Assembly (NCBI GenBank): GCA_965261595.1
Contig: CBDHDG010000005.1
Location: 768,001-832,000, forward strand
Direction: 5' to 3'
DNA: 64,000 nt
Source: a bacterium
Lineage (GTDB): Bacteria > UBA8248 > JACPRG01 > G963555815
Shown here: one piece after another, positions 39,486 through 49,951 of the stretch
How the letters are laid out: each line of letters opens with the position of its first letter
Numbering within the stretch: the stretch's first letter is position 1
Made by a program: the position numbers and the translations under genes
The notes under the pieces: generated by a model
Databases searched by the model: none
What the model saw: only the letters and a program-made list of their open reading frames with translations
Told to the model about the DNA's origin: nothing

Positions 39486-40514
39486 TTATGGCCCGTATAT
39501 CACCTCGGCCACGACGCGGGCGACCTCCTCCAGGCTTTGGGGGCTGACTTTATCCAATGTGTCCCGCGAGGTGTGCCATGCGGGATAATCGAAGTCGATG
39601 ATGTCCGCGGTGGGGAGGCCCGCGTCGTTCAAAGAAATGTGGTCGTCCCGGATGTAGTTCTTGACTTCGGGATAGAAGGAAAGGGCGCCCACGCGCTTGG
39701 CCGCGGCCAGGATCTTCTCCACGACCCGGGGGGCTCTTCGTGCGGAAAACCCTTCCGTGTAGATGTTCAAGTCCCGGTCCCCCACCATGTCCAGGAGGAT
39801 TCCGTAGTCGATGCGTGGTTTCTTCCCGTCCTGGACCCAGGTCCGGGCGAAGCGCTTGGAGCCGATGAACCACTGTCCCCCGAGGCCGTAGTCCTCGGCG
39901 TCGAACAGCACGAGCAGGACATTGCGGGGAGGCCGGACCCTGCGCATGCCCCTGGCCAGCTCCAACAGGATCGCCGTCCCGGAGCCGCCATCGTTCGCTC
40001 CAGGGACCGGTAGGCGGCGGCGGGACCGGTCGGGATCGCGCGAGGCGTACGGATGCGTGTCCCAGTGGGCGGAGAGAAGGATGGCCGGGCTGTCGCCGGC
40101 CCGGCCCGGACACGGCTCTTTCGACCCGGGCGGGGCGGCGGGAGATTCATCCGCGGAAACCTCCTCCGCGCAGATCCACCCGATAAAGTTCGTGAGATCG
40201 AAATCCCGCCACCGAAAGTTCCGCACGGTGACGTAATCGGCATAAAGTCGGAGCTCTCGTTCCAGGAAGCGCTTGGCGGATTCATGTCCCGGCCGTCCGA
40301 TGGCGCGGCTTCCGAAGGAGAGCTGCTTCCGGATGAGACCCAGGGCCCGGCGGGCATTGAAGGGGGGCCGCTCGGGTTGTCCCTTTTCGATCTGACGATG
40401 GCCGGGGGTGGTTTCAGCGGCGGTTTGGGGCTGGGGCGGTCCGATAGCGATAAAAATCATCACCGTGAGAAAAATGATAAAAATTCTGATTATGCTTTGG
40501 GAATTAGGAATCAA
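39486..40514 (-). CDS. M28-family peptidase / glutaminyl-cyclase-like exported protein
   Basis: AHWDT, GANDGGSG, FDAEDYG, LLDMVG, DDH, WHT..DT. Confidence 0.9.
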   Translation of the reverse strand: MIPNSQSIIRIFIIFLTVMIFIAIGPPQPQTAAETTPGHRQIEKGQPERPPFNARRALGLIRKQLSFGSRAIGRPGHESAKRFLERELRLYADYVTVRNFRWRDFDLTNFIGWICAEEVSADESPAAPPGSKEPCPGRAGDSPAILLSAHWDTHPYASRDPDRSRRRLPVPGANDGGSGTAILLELARGMRRVRPPRNVLLVLFDAEDYGLGGQWFIGSKRFARTWVQDGKKPRIDYGILLDMVGDRDLNIYTEGFSARRAPRVVEKILAAAKRVGALSFYPEVKNYIRDDHISLNDAGLPTADIIDFDYPAWHTSRDTLDKVSPQSLEEVARVVAEVIYGP

Positions 40515-40841
40515 CGGATTGTGGGCCGATCACATACGATTTACAGCTTCAACGAGTGTGGAAGTCGTTGTTCTCTAATGCTTTTCTGGAATATTGGCGG
40601 ATTTCGCACCGCCGCTGTGGTTTGAAACCCGGACTCGTGAGGCGCGGGTGAATCACCTCTTGATGGATGGCCAGCCTCGTGGGGAAGTCCCTCTCTCTCC
40701 GGTGTGATCATACCATCATTAGAGACGGCTGGAGAGATTCCGGATCCGTCGGATAATTTCTATGCATCAAGCGGATAGTTGGGTATAAAAGAGAGAATTG
40801 ACGTTGAGAAATCCTCTTCCAGGCGGGGGGACCCCGGTCCG

Positions 40842-41480
40842 ATGGATGCCATCAGGTTGAAGAGTTATGTCATCGCGGATGAAGGCCTCGTGGAGAGATC
40901 CGACCAGCCGTCTTTTGAAGCCCTCATATCGGCGATTCTCAGGGGCGGGGTCACGGCCATTCAGTTGAGAGGGAAGACCGTCTCCGCGTGCGATCTGGTG
41001 GCCCACGGAAAGCGAATCCGCGCGTTGTCGGGCGACACGGGCACCCTGCTGATCATCAACGACCGTCTGGACGTTGCGTTGGCCTCAGGGGCGCACGGCG
41101 TCCACCTGGGCGCCGACGACCTTCCCCTCGCCGCGGCCCGAAGGATTTCACCGGCGGGGTTTATCATCGGCGCCTCGGTGGACACGCCGGACCAGGCCCG
41201 GGAGGCGGAAAGCCTGGGGGCGGATTATCTGGGGGCCGGTCCGGTCTTTCCCACCGAGACCAAGACCACCTCGAATCCGGTCATCGGCCCGGCGGGTCTG
41301 GAGGCCATCGTGAAGGCGGTGTCGATCCCTGTCGTCGGGATCGGGGGAATCGGTCCGGAGAACATCCAGGAGGTGACGGCGAGGGGAGCGGCCGGGGCGG
41401 CGGTGGCGTCCGCGGTGGTCTTGAGTCCGGACCCCGAGGCCGTCGTGCGCGCTTTGCGCTCATCGGCCGGGAGCGGCTGA
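40842..41480 (+). CDS. thiE: Thiamine-phosphate synthase
   Basis: QLRGK, INDRLDVALA..A.GVHLG..D, DYLGAGPVFPT.TK, VGIGGI. Confidence 0.95.
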   Translation: MDAIRLKSYVIADEGLVERSDQPSFEALISAILRGGVTAIQLRGKTVSACDLVAHGKRIRALSGDTGTLLIINDRLDVALASGAHGVHLGADDLPLAAARRISPAGFIIGASVDTPDQAREAESLGADYLGAGPVFPTETKTTSNPVIGPAGLEAIVKAVSIPVVGIGGIGPENIQEVTARGAAGAAVASAVVLSPDPEAVVRALRSSAGSG

Positions 41481-41696
41481 CGGGGATGCCCGCGACGCCG
41501 GGGCGGGAAGCGATAAGAATTGACACCCCCGGGACGGAGTTGTATCTCTCCTTGGTTCTCTGTGATTTACAAGGCCGATTCGGGTTCAGCGTGCAATTTC
41601 TGATTTGAACGTTGCCGGCTGGCCGGCGTTCATCCTTTGCGCCTGGAATCCAGGCGACGGCGTGGTCGGGTGGTCTTTAGGAAAGGATTCTCTCCC

Positions 41697-42479
41697 TTGA
41701 AGGTCATTGTCCTTGGATGCGGGACTTCAACGGGGGTTCCGAACATCGGATGCCGCTGTTCGGTCTGTACGTCGGAAAATCCAAAGAACAGGCGGTTGAG
41801 GACATCGGTGTGGATGTCCTGGGATGGGAAAGGGGTTCTGGTGGACACCACCACCGACCTGCGGAGTCAAGCCCTGAGGCATAAGATCTCCAGGGTGGAC
41901 GCGGTCCTTTACACCCATTCTCATGCCGATCACATTCATGGGATCGATGAGCTTCGGGCCTACAACGCCCTCCAAAAATCGGAAATCCCTTGTTTCGGAT
42001 CGGACCGGACCCTGGCTTACCTGAGACGATCCTTCGCGTATATTTTCGACCCGGAAGAAAACGGAATGACTTACATCCCCCGCCTCCGCGGGCGGGTGAT
42101 CGACGGACCGTTCGATTTGTTCGGACATCGGGTCGTTCCCTTGCCCGCCGACCACGGTCCGGGAGGGCCGGTGTATGGCTACCGAGTGGGCCCTTTCGCC
42201 TATTTGACGGATGTCGCTTCCGTCCCTGAGGAAACGGTGGAGCTCATGCGAGGGTTGGAGGTGCTGATTCTCGACGCCCTCCGTCCTTCGTTTCACCCCT
42301 CTCACCTGACGATTGATGGGGCTACGGAAGCGGCGCGGCGCATTGGAGCGAAGCGGACGTACTTCACCCACATGAGCCACGATGTGGATTATGACGAGAT
42401 CAATCCCGGTCTTCCCGCCGGCGTGGAGCTGGCCTATGACGGGCTTCAGTTCGATTTCGGCGACCCGGATCCGGACTGA
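41697..42479 (+). CDS. MBL-fold metallo-hydrolase (PhnP-like phosphodiesterase)
   Basis: LGCGTSTGVP..GC.C.VC, THSHADHIHGIDELR, YLTD, THMSH, LAYDG. Confidence 0.92.
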   Translation: MKVIVLGCGTSTGVPNIGCRCSVCTSENPKNRRLRTSVWMSWDGKGVLVDTTTDLRSQALRHKISRVDAVLYTHSHADHIHGIDELRAYNALQKSEIPCFGSDRTLAYLRRSFAYIFDPEENGMTYIPRLRGRVIDGPFDLFGHRVVPLPADHGPGGPVYGYRVGPFAYLTDVASVPEETVELMRGLEVLILDALRPSFHPSHLTIDGATEAARRIGAKRTYFTHMSHDVDYDEINPGLPAGVELAYDGLQFDFGDPDPD

Positions 42480-42693
42480 CGGAGTTTTGCGGGCGGGCCG
42501 GTTGCGGGTGTCGATCAATGGACGCGTCCTTCGGTCCATCACGTTCGGGTGAAGACTTCGACCGGCGCGGGATTGACTTTCCGGGAGAAATGACGATATT
42601 GTCGGGGGATAGTGATCAGGACGCGGTGAGATTCGTGGGGGCGGTTCAGGCGCCGCTCAGGGTTTTTCTCGGCAAACATCGGAAGGAGAGAGT

Positions 42694-42894
42694 GTGGCAG
42701 ACCCACTCGCGGTCAAGGTGGACGAAAATCTCGAACGGGCGATCAAATCCTTGAAGAAGAAGATGGACAAAGAGGGAATCTTCAAGGAGCTTCGCAAGCG
42801 CCGCAGTTACGAGAAACCCAGTGTCCGCCGCAGAGCCAAACGAGCAAGGGCCATTCGCGCGCAAAGGCGAAACGCGGCCGCGCGGACAACATAG
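42694..42894 (+). CDS. rpsU: 30S ribosomal protein S21
   Basis: LERAIK.LKKK..KEGIFKELRKRR.YEKPS..RR.K. Confidence 0.95.
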   Translation: MADPLAVKVDENLERAIKSLKKKMDKEGIFKELRKRRSYEKPSVRRRAKRARAIRAQRRNAAARTT

Positions 42895-42980
42895 CCCAAA
42901 GCGTCACTTGATGTCTCTTCTCTGACGGACCCATTCATCCAACGCGAGGCCGGGAGTTCTCGCAGGGGGAGACGTTTGTC

Positions 42981-43265
42981 TCAAGCCCCCGACGCGGAAT
43001 TCTCCGCTTCTCTCACCGCCTTGTTCAAAAGCCGTCTCAGCCGTCCGGACTCGACACGATACTTGAACACCTTTTCCCCGTTTAGAAAACCCACGGGAAT
43101 CTCTTCGCCGAACCGGGCGAGGATCTCCGGATTTTGGGTGATGTCCATTTCCTCCAGCCACACGCCGAAGCGGGCGCAAACGGGCCGTAACGCTTCCTTC
43201 GCCTCGTCGCACAGCCCGCAATCCTCTTTTGAGTAGAGCACCAGCGTTGGCGTCCGCTCGCCCAT
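42981..43265 (-). CDS. Glutaredoxin-like protein (DUF836 type)
   Basis: LYSKEDCGLCDEAK, DI, EIPV. Confidence 0.85.
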   Translation of the reverse strand: MGERTPTLVLYSKEDCGLCDEAKEALRPVCARFGVWLEEMDITQNPEILARFGEEIPVGFLNGEKVFKYRVESGRLRRLLNKAVREAENSASGA

Positions 43266-43354
43266 GCGTTCAGCCCGCGGGAAACTTCTGGTTTTGGTTC
43301 ATGGAGACGGCCGGGAGGGCGTTGATCCCCTTCCCCCTTGGTCTTCCAACCGGC

Positions 43355-44386
43355 CTACAGGAAGTGGGGGACGACCTCTTTGGCCAGAAGCTCGATGGCG
43401 TCCAGGCGGTTCGGGCCGAGGACCTGATAGCAGGCGGGGGCCTTGAGGCCTTCCGCCGCGAAGGCGTTGAATTTCTCGCAGACATCATCCGGCGTGCCGG
43501 AGGCCGCCAGCTTGTCCACCCAGGCGTCGGGGACGCACGCCTCCGCTTGTTTCGCGTCGCCTTGGTCAAAATACTTCCGCATCCGGTCGCCTATCTCGAT
43601 GCGCTCCTCATCCTCGATGCCTGCCGCCTGGTAGCGCAGCGGCTCCGAGGCGCCCCGGGCGGTGTAGGACGCGATAAGCCCCCGGGCCGCGTCGTTGGCG
43701 GCCCGCCGGTCCCGGTCCACCGAAGTGATGATGTAGGAGCGGATGTCGTAGCGGTCCAGGTCCTTTCCCGCCCGTTCGATCCCCTTGCGGATGGCGGGCA
43801 TGGCGATGTTCTTCAGGAACGCCGGCGTCAGGAAGAAGTTGAGCAGGATCCCGTCCGACGCCGCGGCGGCCATCTCGAGGGTCTTCGGTCCCATGGATCC
43901 CACATAGATGGGCAGGTCGCGGCGGACAGGCTCCATCGTGAGGGACACGCCCGAGCCGCCGAAGGTGAAGACCTTGCCGGTGTAACTGTCTCCTTCGCCC
44001 CGGATCAGCATCCGGACCATCTCGATGGCTTCCCGCAGGGCTGTGATGGGCTTGGCGTCGCGGACCTGATGCTTGTTGAGCTGGGCGTAGGCTGTCCCCA
44101 GGCCCAGGGTGAATCGCCCGCCCGAGACCTCGTCCAAGGTCGCGGCCTCCATGGCGAGGATTCCGGGATGCCGCGTGTAAGGCGAGATGATTCCCGTTCC
44201 CAGGCCGATGGATTGGGTCTGTTGGGCCACGACGGCCAGGTTCGTAAAGGCCCCCCGGGCGTGGTAGCTCTCGGCGATCCAGACCCTTTGGAAGCCCAAG
44301 CGCTCGGCGGCCTGGGCGCAGGGGATGATGACGTCCAGCGGAAGGACGCCGCTGAGGCCGATATCAAATCCGGTGAATTTTGCCAT
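43355..44386 (-). CDS. LLM-class flavin/F420-dependent oxidoreductase (Mer-like)
   Basis: AERLGF..VWIAES, LGTGII.PYTRHP, ATLDEVSGGRF.LGLG, GPKTLE.A...DG. Confidence 0.9.
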   Translation of the reverse strand: MAKFTGFDIGLSGVLPLDVIIPCAQAAERLGFQRVWIAESYHARGAFTNLAVVAQQTQSIGLGTGIISPYTRHPGILAMEAATLDEVSGGRFTLGLGTAYAQLNKHQVRDAKPITALREAIEMVRMLIRGEGDSYTGKVFTFGGSGVSLTMEPVRRDLPIYVGSMGPKTLEMAAAASDGILLNFFLTPAFLKNIAMPAIRKGIERAGKDLDRYDIRSYIITSVDRDRRAANDAARGLIASYTARGASEPLRYQAAGIEDEERIEIGDRMRKYFDQGDAKQAEACVPDAWVDKLAASGTPDDVCEKFNAFAAEGLKAPACYQVLGPNRLDAIELLAKEVVPHFL

Positions 44387-44424
44387 GACGGAGCCTCTCT
44401 GGTGCGCGGGCGCACGGCGGGTTT

Positions 44425-45642
44425 TCAGGGATGGGCCGGTTGCGCCCGTTTTTCGGGCGCGGCAACCTCCGGAAAATGGAGATCGTGAATGGACGCCCCC
44501 TCGACGCCCCGGCTCACGAGGTCTTTCATGTCAAGCAAGCCCTCGGCGGCCCGGACTTCCTCGATGCGGCACCGGGTGGCGGGGTGTTTGGGCACGAACA
44601 GGGTGCAGCAGTCCTGATCCGGCTGGATAGAGGTCTCATAGGTTCCGATGCGCTCGGCCTGGGCGCTGATCTCATTCTTGTCCATGCCGATCAGGGGACG
44701 GAAGATGGGCAGCTCCGCCGCCTCCTCGACGACGCCGATGTTGGTCAGGGTTTGCGACGCCACTTGGGCCAGACTTTCCCCGGTCACCAGAGCCTGCGCC
44801 CCGTGACGCCGCCCCAGCGCCTCGGCGATGCGAATCATGAGGCGGCGATACAGGATGACCCGCAGGGGGGGCGGGACGGCCAGGACCACCCGCCGCTGAA
44901 TCTCGCCGAAGGGCGTCGAGTAGAGCGTGCTGTGGTGCTGGTGAAAGGTGAGAAGCTCGGCCAGGTCCATGGCCTTCTCGGCGGACGCCTTGCTGAGGTA
45001 GGGGGCCCCGTGAAAATGGACGAACGTGGCTTGGCATCCGCGCTGGAGCATCCGGTAGGCGGCCACCGGAGAATCGATCCCGCCGGAGAGGAGGACGCAC
45101 ACTTGCCCGCTGACCCCGACCGGAAGACCGCCCGGGCCCTGGACCTTGTCGAAATAGAAGAACGCCTCCCGGGGGATCACTTCGAGATGAACGGTGAGAT
45201 CGGCATGGTTCAGATTGACTGACGCGCCGGTCAGCTCTTGGAGGTGCGCGCCGACCTCGCGGTTGATCTCCGGGGAGGAAAGCGGAAATTGCTTGAAGGC
45301 GCGGCGCGCGGAGACGCGGAACGTCTTGAAATCATCGCCCGCTTCGCGACGCGCCAGGACGGCCCGGCCGATGTCCCGTTTGAACGAATCGAGGTCGAGT
45401 TGGACCTGCTTGGCGAGAGAGAAGTTGGCGATGCCGAATGTCCCGGCCAGCCGCGCGCGGACCGTCTCCCAGGCGGCTTCCTCCTCCAGCTCCATCACGA
45501 GTCTGCCCCAGACCTTCCGCACCCGGCGGACGGCCAGGTCGGATGTGGCCTGCCGTAGGTTTCCGGCCAGGCGCTCGATGTAGTAGGGCCGGTTTCCCTT
45601 TTTGAGGGCGATCTCGTGGTAGTGGACGATGACACATCGCAT
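44425..45642 (-). CDS. thiI: tRNA 4-thiouridine synthase ThiI (THUMP + PP-loop, no rhodanese domain)
   Basis: EIALKKGNR, GPGGLPVG, LLSGGIDSPVA, TGESLAQVASQT, RPLIGMDK, DCC. Confidence 0.95.
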   Translation of the reverse strand: MRCVIVHYHEIALKKGNRPYYIERLAGNLRQATSDLAVRRVRKVWGRLVMELEEEAAWETVRARLAGTFGIANFSLAKQVQLDLDSFKRDIGRAVLARREAGDDFKTFRVSARRAFKQFPLSSPEINREVGAHLQELTGASVNLNHADLTVHLEVIPREAFFYFDKVQGPGGLPVGVSGQVCVLLSGGIDSPVAAYRMLQRGCQATFVHFHGAPYLSKASAEKAMDLAELLTFHQHHSTLYSTPFGEIQRRVVLAVPPPLRVILYRRLMIRIAEALGRRHGAQALVTGESLAQVASQTLTNIGVVEEAAELPIFRPLIGMDKNEISAQAERIGTYETSIQPDQDCCTLFVPKHPATRCRIEEVRAAEGLLDMKDLVSRGVEGASIHDLHFPEVAAPEKRAQPAHP

Positions 45643-45787
45643 ACGGACGAAGGGCTCCTTCCCTGATGGCCGCGCCGCGGATTCGGCAAATCATTATATG
45701 ACGGAATCCGCTCAACCCGCATTTCTCACAAAGACGTGCGATGGGGCCGCCCCACACGCTCATGGCACACGCGCCGGCTAACGGGGA

Positions 45788-45884
45788 GGGCCGGTGCGGG
45801 AGTCAACCGACTCGCGCCCGGCCCCGACATGGGAAATGTGCGCACGTTCGCTCCAGTGTAGGGGCGGGGCTCTGCACCCGCCCC
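45788..45884. repeat. REP-like (GTAG-type) hairpin pair
   Basis: GTAGGGGCGGGGCTCTGCACCCGCCCC at 45858 and an opposed degenerate hairpin ending CCCCGAC at ~45828. Confidence 0.55.
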
Positions 45885-46141
45885 AGCAAACGCCCAGGGA
45901 GACACTCTGTCTATATCCGATTGAAATCCTCCTCTCTGGTAAGGCGTTGACCGGCAATGAGTTTACCGATCATAGGCGGCTTGACTTTCTAATGGTGGAA
46001 ATTCAGCTTAACCCCGCCGACCGGGAGCGCCGGGCCGGGATGCGGACATTCGGTGTCTTTCTTGGGGCGTTGGCCGGAGGGGGCGGCGCGGCATGATTCC
46101 GTCGGCTTGGGAAAAGCGATGAAGCCGGGCGGCGGAGCGCC

Positions 46142-47092
46142 TTAGCCGCAAACCACCCGGGTCCCCGTTTCTCCGCGAATGGCCTTCGGGAGGGATTCCA
46201 GGGAGGTGATAAGGACCTCCCCCGAATTCCCTTCCAGGAACTCCAGCGCGGCCTCGATCTTCGGTCCCATGCTCCCGGCCGGAAACTGGCCGTCGGCCAG
46301 GTGCGCCCGGGCCTCGCCGGTCGTGAGCCTGATGAGCGGCCGCTGGGTCGGTTTGGCGAAATCCAGGCACACCTGCTCGACGGCCGTCAGGATGATGAAC
46401 GTATAGGCGTTCAGGTCCCTGGCCAGCATGGCGCTGGCGAGGTCTTTGTCGATGACCGCGTCCACGCCGGCGTAATCCTCGTCTTTCAGCACGACCGGGA
46501 TGCCGCCGCCGCCGACGGTGATCACGATCGTCCCCGCGTTCACGAGCCGCCGGATCACCGGGAGCTCGATGATTTTCACCGGGCGTGGAGACGGGACCAC
46601 GCGGCGGTATCCCCGGTTGGCGTCGGGCACGAGCCTCCAGCCGTGGGCCCCACCGATGGTTTTGGCCTCCGATGGGTCATAGAAGGGGCCGATTGGCTTG
46701 GTGGGGTTCTGGAAGGCGGGGTCCGCCGGGTCCACTTCAACCTGCGTCACGATGGTGGCGATGGGATGATCGCGCCCGGCCCGGCGAGTCATGTTGAGCA
46801 GGCTTTGCTGGATCATGTAACCGATGGCTGCCTGCGTGTCGGCCACGCAAACGTCCATCGGCATCGGCGGGAGGGTCTTCCGGGTCTGCTCCATCCGGAT
46901 GAGGAGGCGGCCGATTTGGGGTCCGTTGCCGTGCGTTAGAACCACCCTGTAATCTTCTTCCAGCAGCATCATGACGCACCGGCAGGCGCGGCGGACGTGC
47001 TCCCACATCTCTTCGGCCGTACTGTTTCCGGTCGGATCGACGGCGTTTCCGCCGAAGGCGACGACCGCGATTTTTCGGTCGGACTCAGCCAC
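46142..47092 (-). CDS. arcC: Carbamate kinase
   Basis: VAFGGNA, THGNGPQIG, PTKPIGPFY, RRVVPSP.P, GGGGIPV, AVIDKDLAS, GSMGPKI. Confidence 0.96.
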   Translation of the reverse strand: MAESDRKIAVVAFGGNAVDPTGNSTAEEMWEHVRRACRCVMMLLEEDYRVVLTHGNGPQIGRLLIRMEQTRKTLPPMPMDVCVADTQAAIGYMIQQSLLNMTRRAGRDHPIATIVTQVEVDPADPAFQNPTKPIGPFYDPSEAKTIGGAHGWRLVPDANRGYRRVVPSPRPVKIIELPVIRRLVNAGTIVITVGGGGIPVVLKDEDYAGVDAVIDKDLASAMLARDLNAYTFIILTAVEQVCLDFAKPTQRPLIRLTTGEARAHLADGQFPAGSMGPKIEAALEFLEGNSGEVLITSLESLPKAIRGETGTRVVCG

Positions 47093-47117
47093 GAAGGCCC
47101 TTCCTACGCCGGAGGCG

Positions 47118-48524
47118 TCAGGAATCGTTTTCCGCCAGCGCCCGGACCGCGGCCTCGAAGGGGGCCATCGGCGCCCGGAGGAGTCCCGCGCCGACCTGCC
47201 CGACGCCGGGAAGCCGGTGGGCGATCCCGGTGTTGATGGCCGGCGTGATGCGCGTCTCGACGACCTTGCGGATGTCGATGCCGGTGGGCGTCCCCGCGAA
47301 ATTGAGACAGGGAAGCGTGAGCGTGGGGTTCTGCGCCCAGGTGATCTCGAGCATTTCCCGCGTCATGGCGATGGCGCGATCCACCGTTCCCCCGACGAAC
47401 TGCACGATGGCCGGCGCTGTTCCCATGGCGAATCCGCCGATGCCCGCCGTCTCGGTGATTGTGCTGTCGCCGATGTCGGGGTTCGCGTCTTCGGGTCCGT
47501 ATCCCGGGAAGTAAAGCCCCTCGACGTATCCGGCCGGCGCGGTGAACCACCGGTCGCCCAAACCGCTCACGCGGATGCCGAACTCCGTCCCGTTTCGAGC
47601 CATGGCCGTCACGATAGAGGCGCCCCGCACGCCGTGCGCCGCGTCGGCGGACGCCTTGCAGGCGGGCATGCCGAGGTTCAGGAAGAAGTGGTCGTTGCCC
47701 GCGATAAACCGGTAAACCCGCTCGAGGACCGCGCGGCGCTTGACCCCCTTGGCCAGATGAGGCGCCAGCGTTCGGATGAGGGTCGCCGTCGCGGCGACGT
47801 TGCGGTTGTGGCATTCATCGCCCATGTGGAGCGCCTTGGCCATGATGGATTTGAGGTCGACGCCCCCCGCGTCCTCCACGGCCGCCTTCATGGCCGGAGC
47901 GAGCTCTCTTTCCATCCAGCGCAGCCGCGTAATGACCTCCCGGTCGTTAGCGCCGTAGCGCAGGACCTTTCCCAACCCCTCGTTCAACGTGGCGAACGAG
48001 CGGTTTCCCGCGTGGGCGTTGCGTAAGATGAAAACCGGCATGCTCGGAGATATGACCCCCGCCATGGGACCCACCGCCCCGTGGTGGTGGCAGGGATCGA
48101 ACCGGATTTTCCCCGAGCGGGCCAGGCGTTCCGCGCCGCCGGGGGTCCGGGCGCGTTTTTCGTAGATCAGCGCTCCGATGACGGCCCCGCGCATGGGGCC
48201 GCACATCCGCTCCCACGTGACGGGGGGGCCGGCATGGAGGATCGTGTCCTCATCCATCCCGGGAATCGCTTCCCGGGCGGGGGCGACGTCTTCCCAGACG
48301 GGCCGCGCCGAGACCAGACTTTCGACGGCCCGGTCGTTGGGGGAATCGCAGCCCTTGAGACGGTCCAGCAGGGCCGCCAGGTCGGGGTCGCCGCCCGCGG
48401 GGGGGGTCCAGTCCACGGAGGTCACGTCCGACCCTTGTTTTCCGAGCGAGTCGGCGAAATCTTCAACCCCCAGGTTGATCACGCGCAACGGACCCCGAAG
48501 AATGTCGGGTCGCTCCTGGGTCAT
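47118..48524 (-). CDS. DUF1116/YlbE (AllG-like) protein with short FdrA-like N-terminal segment
   Basis: ILHAGPP, PCHH..AVGPMAG, NEGLGKVLRYGA, MGDECHNRN, DIGDS.ITET.G.GGF, INTGIAH; N-terminal VINLG..F..SL..QG.....DW.PPAGG. Confidence 0.88.
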   Translation of the reverse strand: MTQERPDILRGPLRVINLGVEDFADSLGKQGSDVTSVDWTPPAGGDPDLAALLDRLKGCDSPNDRAVESLVSARPVWEDVAPAREAIPGMDEDTILHAGPPVTWERMCGPMRGAVIGALIYEKRARTPGGAERLARSGKIRFDPCHHHGAVGPMAGVISPSMPVFILRNAHAGNRSFATLNEGLGKVLRYGANDREVITRLRWMERELAPAMKAAVEDAGGVDLKSIMAKALHMGDECHNRNVAATATLIRTLAPHLAKGVKRRAVLERVYRFIAGNDHFFLNLGMPACKASADAAHGVRGASIVTAMARNGTEFGIRVSGLGDRWFTAPAGYVEGLYFPGYGPEDANPDIGDSTITETAGIGGFAMGTAPAIVQFVGGTVDRAIAMTREMLEITWAQNPTLTLPCLNFAGTPTGIDIRKVVETRITPAINTGIAHRLPGVGQVGAGLLRAPMAPFEAAVRALAENDS

Positions 48525-48691
48525 ACGACGCTCCTCTCGATGGGTGAGCGAGCCGGTCCGGAACAGTGTCCGAATTCAGCAAAGAATTGTCAGCCGGATT
48601 GGACCCCAATCATTCTAACCCAAATCCCGGCGGACCGGATCCTGAAGGCAGGACGATGGGGAGCTGCCCGGAGGGGGTTTTCGCTGCGGGC

Positions 48692-49951
48692 TCAGGTGAC
48701 TTCGGAGACGCCGGGAATCTTTCCCGATTGCCGTTGAGGCCGGAAGAGGATCCGGACGGCCAGGGCGGAGGCCGCCGTCAGGGCGGCCATGAAGTAGAAC
48801 GTGACGCCGAGTCCCCATTGGTCCGCGATGACCCCCGCGATGAGGGGGGCTATCCCGGTGAAGATCTGGTTGAAACTGAAGAGGAAGCCGACCGTGGACC
48901 CGCCCAAATCCGGAGGGGTGACGTCGAAACCGGAGGCCATGATGATTGGACGAAGGGAGATCAGGCTGAATCCCAGGACGGAGATGGCCGCGCCGAGCGG
49001 CAGGCCGACGGGCAGGAACGGGATCAAAATCAGGGCGATGGTGGAAATCAGGAGCCCCCCCACAAGGATTCCCTTCCGTCCGATCCGGTCCGACAGGAGT
49101 CCGGAGACGGCCTCCGGGATGGTGCCTGAAAAAATGAGCAAAAAGACATAGAAGCCGACTCCGGCGGGACCCATGCCGAAATGAAAAGCGAGATACAAGG
49201 GGAGGAAGCTGTCGAGCGTCCGGTAGCTCATCGTCCGCAGGCAGGAGACAGCCGCCACGGACAGGAGGGCCCGGTTTTTCCGGAAGCCCCGAATGAGATC
49301 CGAGGAGTACTGCCGGACGCTTCCGCTCGCTGCGGTCAACATCGGAGGCAGGAGAAAGAAAACCAGGACAGCCGAGATGAGGGTGGGGAGGAGGTGGATT
49401 TTCATCACCTCCCGCCAGGTTGTGAATTGCAGGAGATATCCGATGACCAAGGGGGCGATGGACTGCGCCAGGCTGGCGCCGCTGCCATGCAATCCCAGGG
49501 CGAATCCCCGGTGGTTGGGATAGAGTCGGGACAGGGTGGACATGGCCGGGGGGTGCCAACTGGAATTGAGCATTCCCGTCAGCAAAAACGGGACAAAGAG
49601 AAACGCGAAGGTGTTTGCGTATCCCATCGATGCGTACATCGCGCCCATCACCGCGAGGTTCACGACCAGCAGGGGCTTTCGTTTGCCCAGCAGGTCCGTC
49701 AGCACACCCGCCGAGGCCCCGCCGAACGACGCCCCCAAGGAGCGCAGGGTGAGCAAAAGACCGATTTGGGTGAAGCTCAGATTCAGGTCCCGCGCGATCA
49801 GGGGGAGGACGGGCCCGAGAACGCCCAGGAACCAGTGGGTGTTCGCGTGGCCGAAGGTGAGGGTGGCCAGGGTGCGCACCTTGGACGCGCGGGTTTGCTC
49901 GGGGTCCGCGGCGCGCTCGCCCGGCGGCAATCTCTCAGGATGCTTCGTCAA
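48692..49951 (-). CDS. MFS transporter
   Basis: About 12 hydrophobic helices; G.LTD..G and SDRIGRK motifs; WHPPA. Confidence 0.92.
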   Translation of the reverse strand: MTKHPERLPPGERAADPEQTRASKVRTLATLTFGHANTHWFLGVLGPVLPLIARDLNLSFTQIGLLLTLRSLGASFGGASAGVLTDLLGKRKPLLVVNLAVMGAMYASMGYANTFAFLFVPFLLTGMLNSSWHPPAMSTLSRLYPNHRGFALGLHGSGASLAQSIAPLVIGYLLQFTTWREVMKIHLLPTLISAVLVFFLLPPMLTAASGSVRQYSSDLIRGFRKNRALLSVAAVSCLRTMSYRTLDSFLPLYLAFHFGMGPAGVGFYVFLLIFSGTIPEAVSGLLSDRIGRKGILVGGLLISTIALILIPFLPVGLPLGAAISVLGFSLISLRPIIMASGFDVTPPDLGGSTVGFLFSFNQIFTGIAPLIAGVIADQWGLGVTFYFMAALTAASALAVRILFRPQRQSGKIPGVSEVT

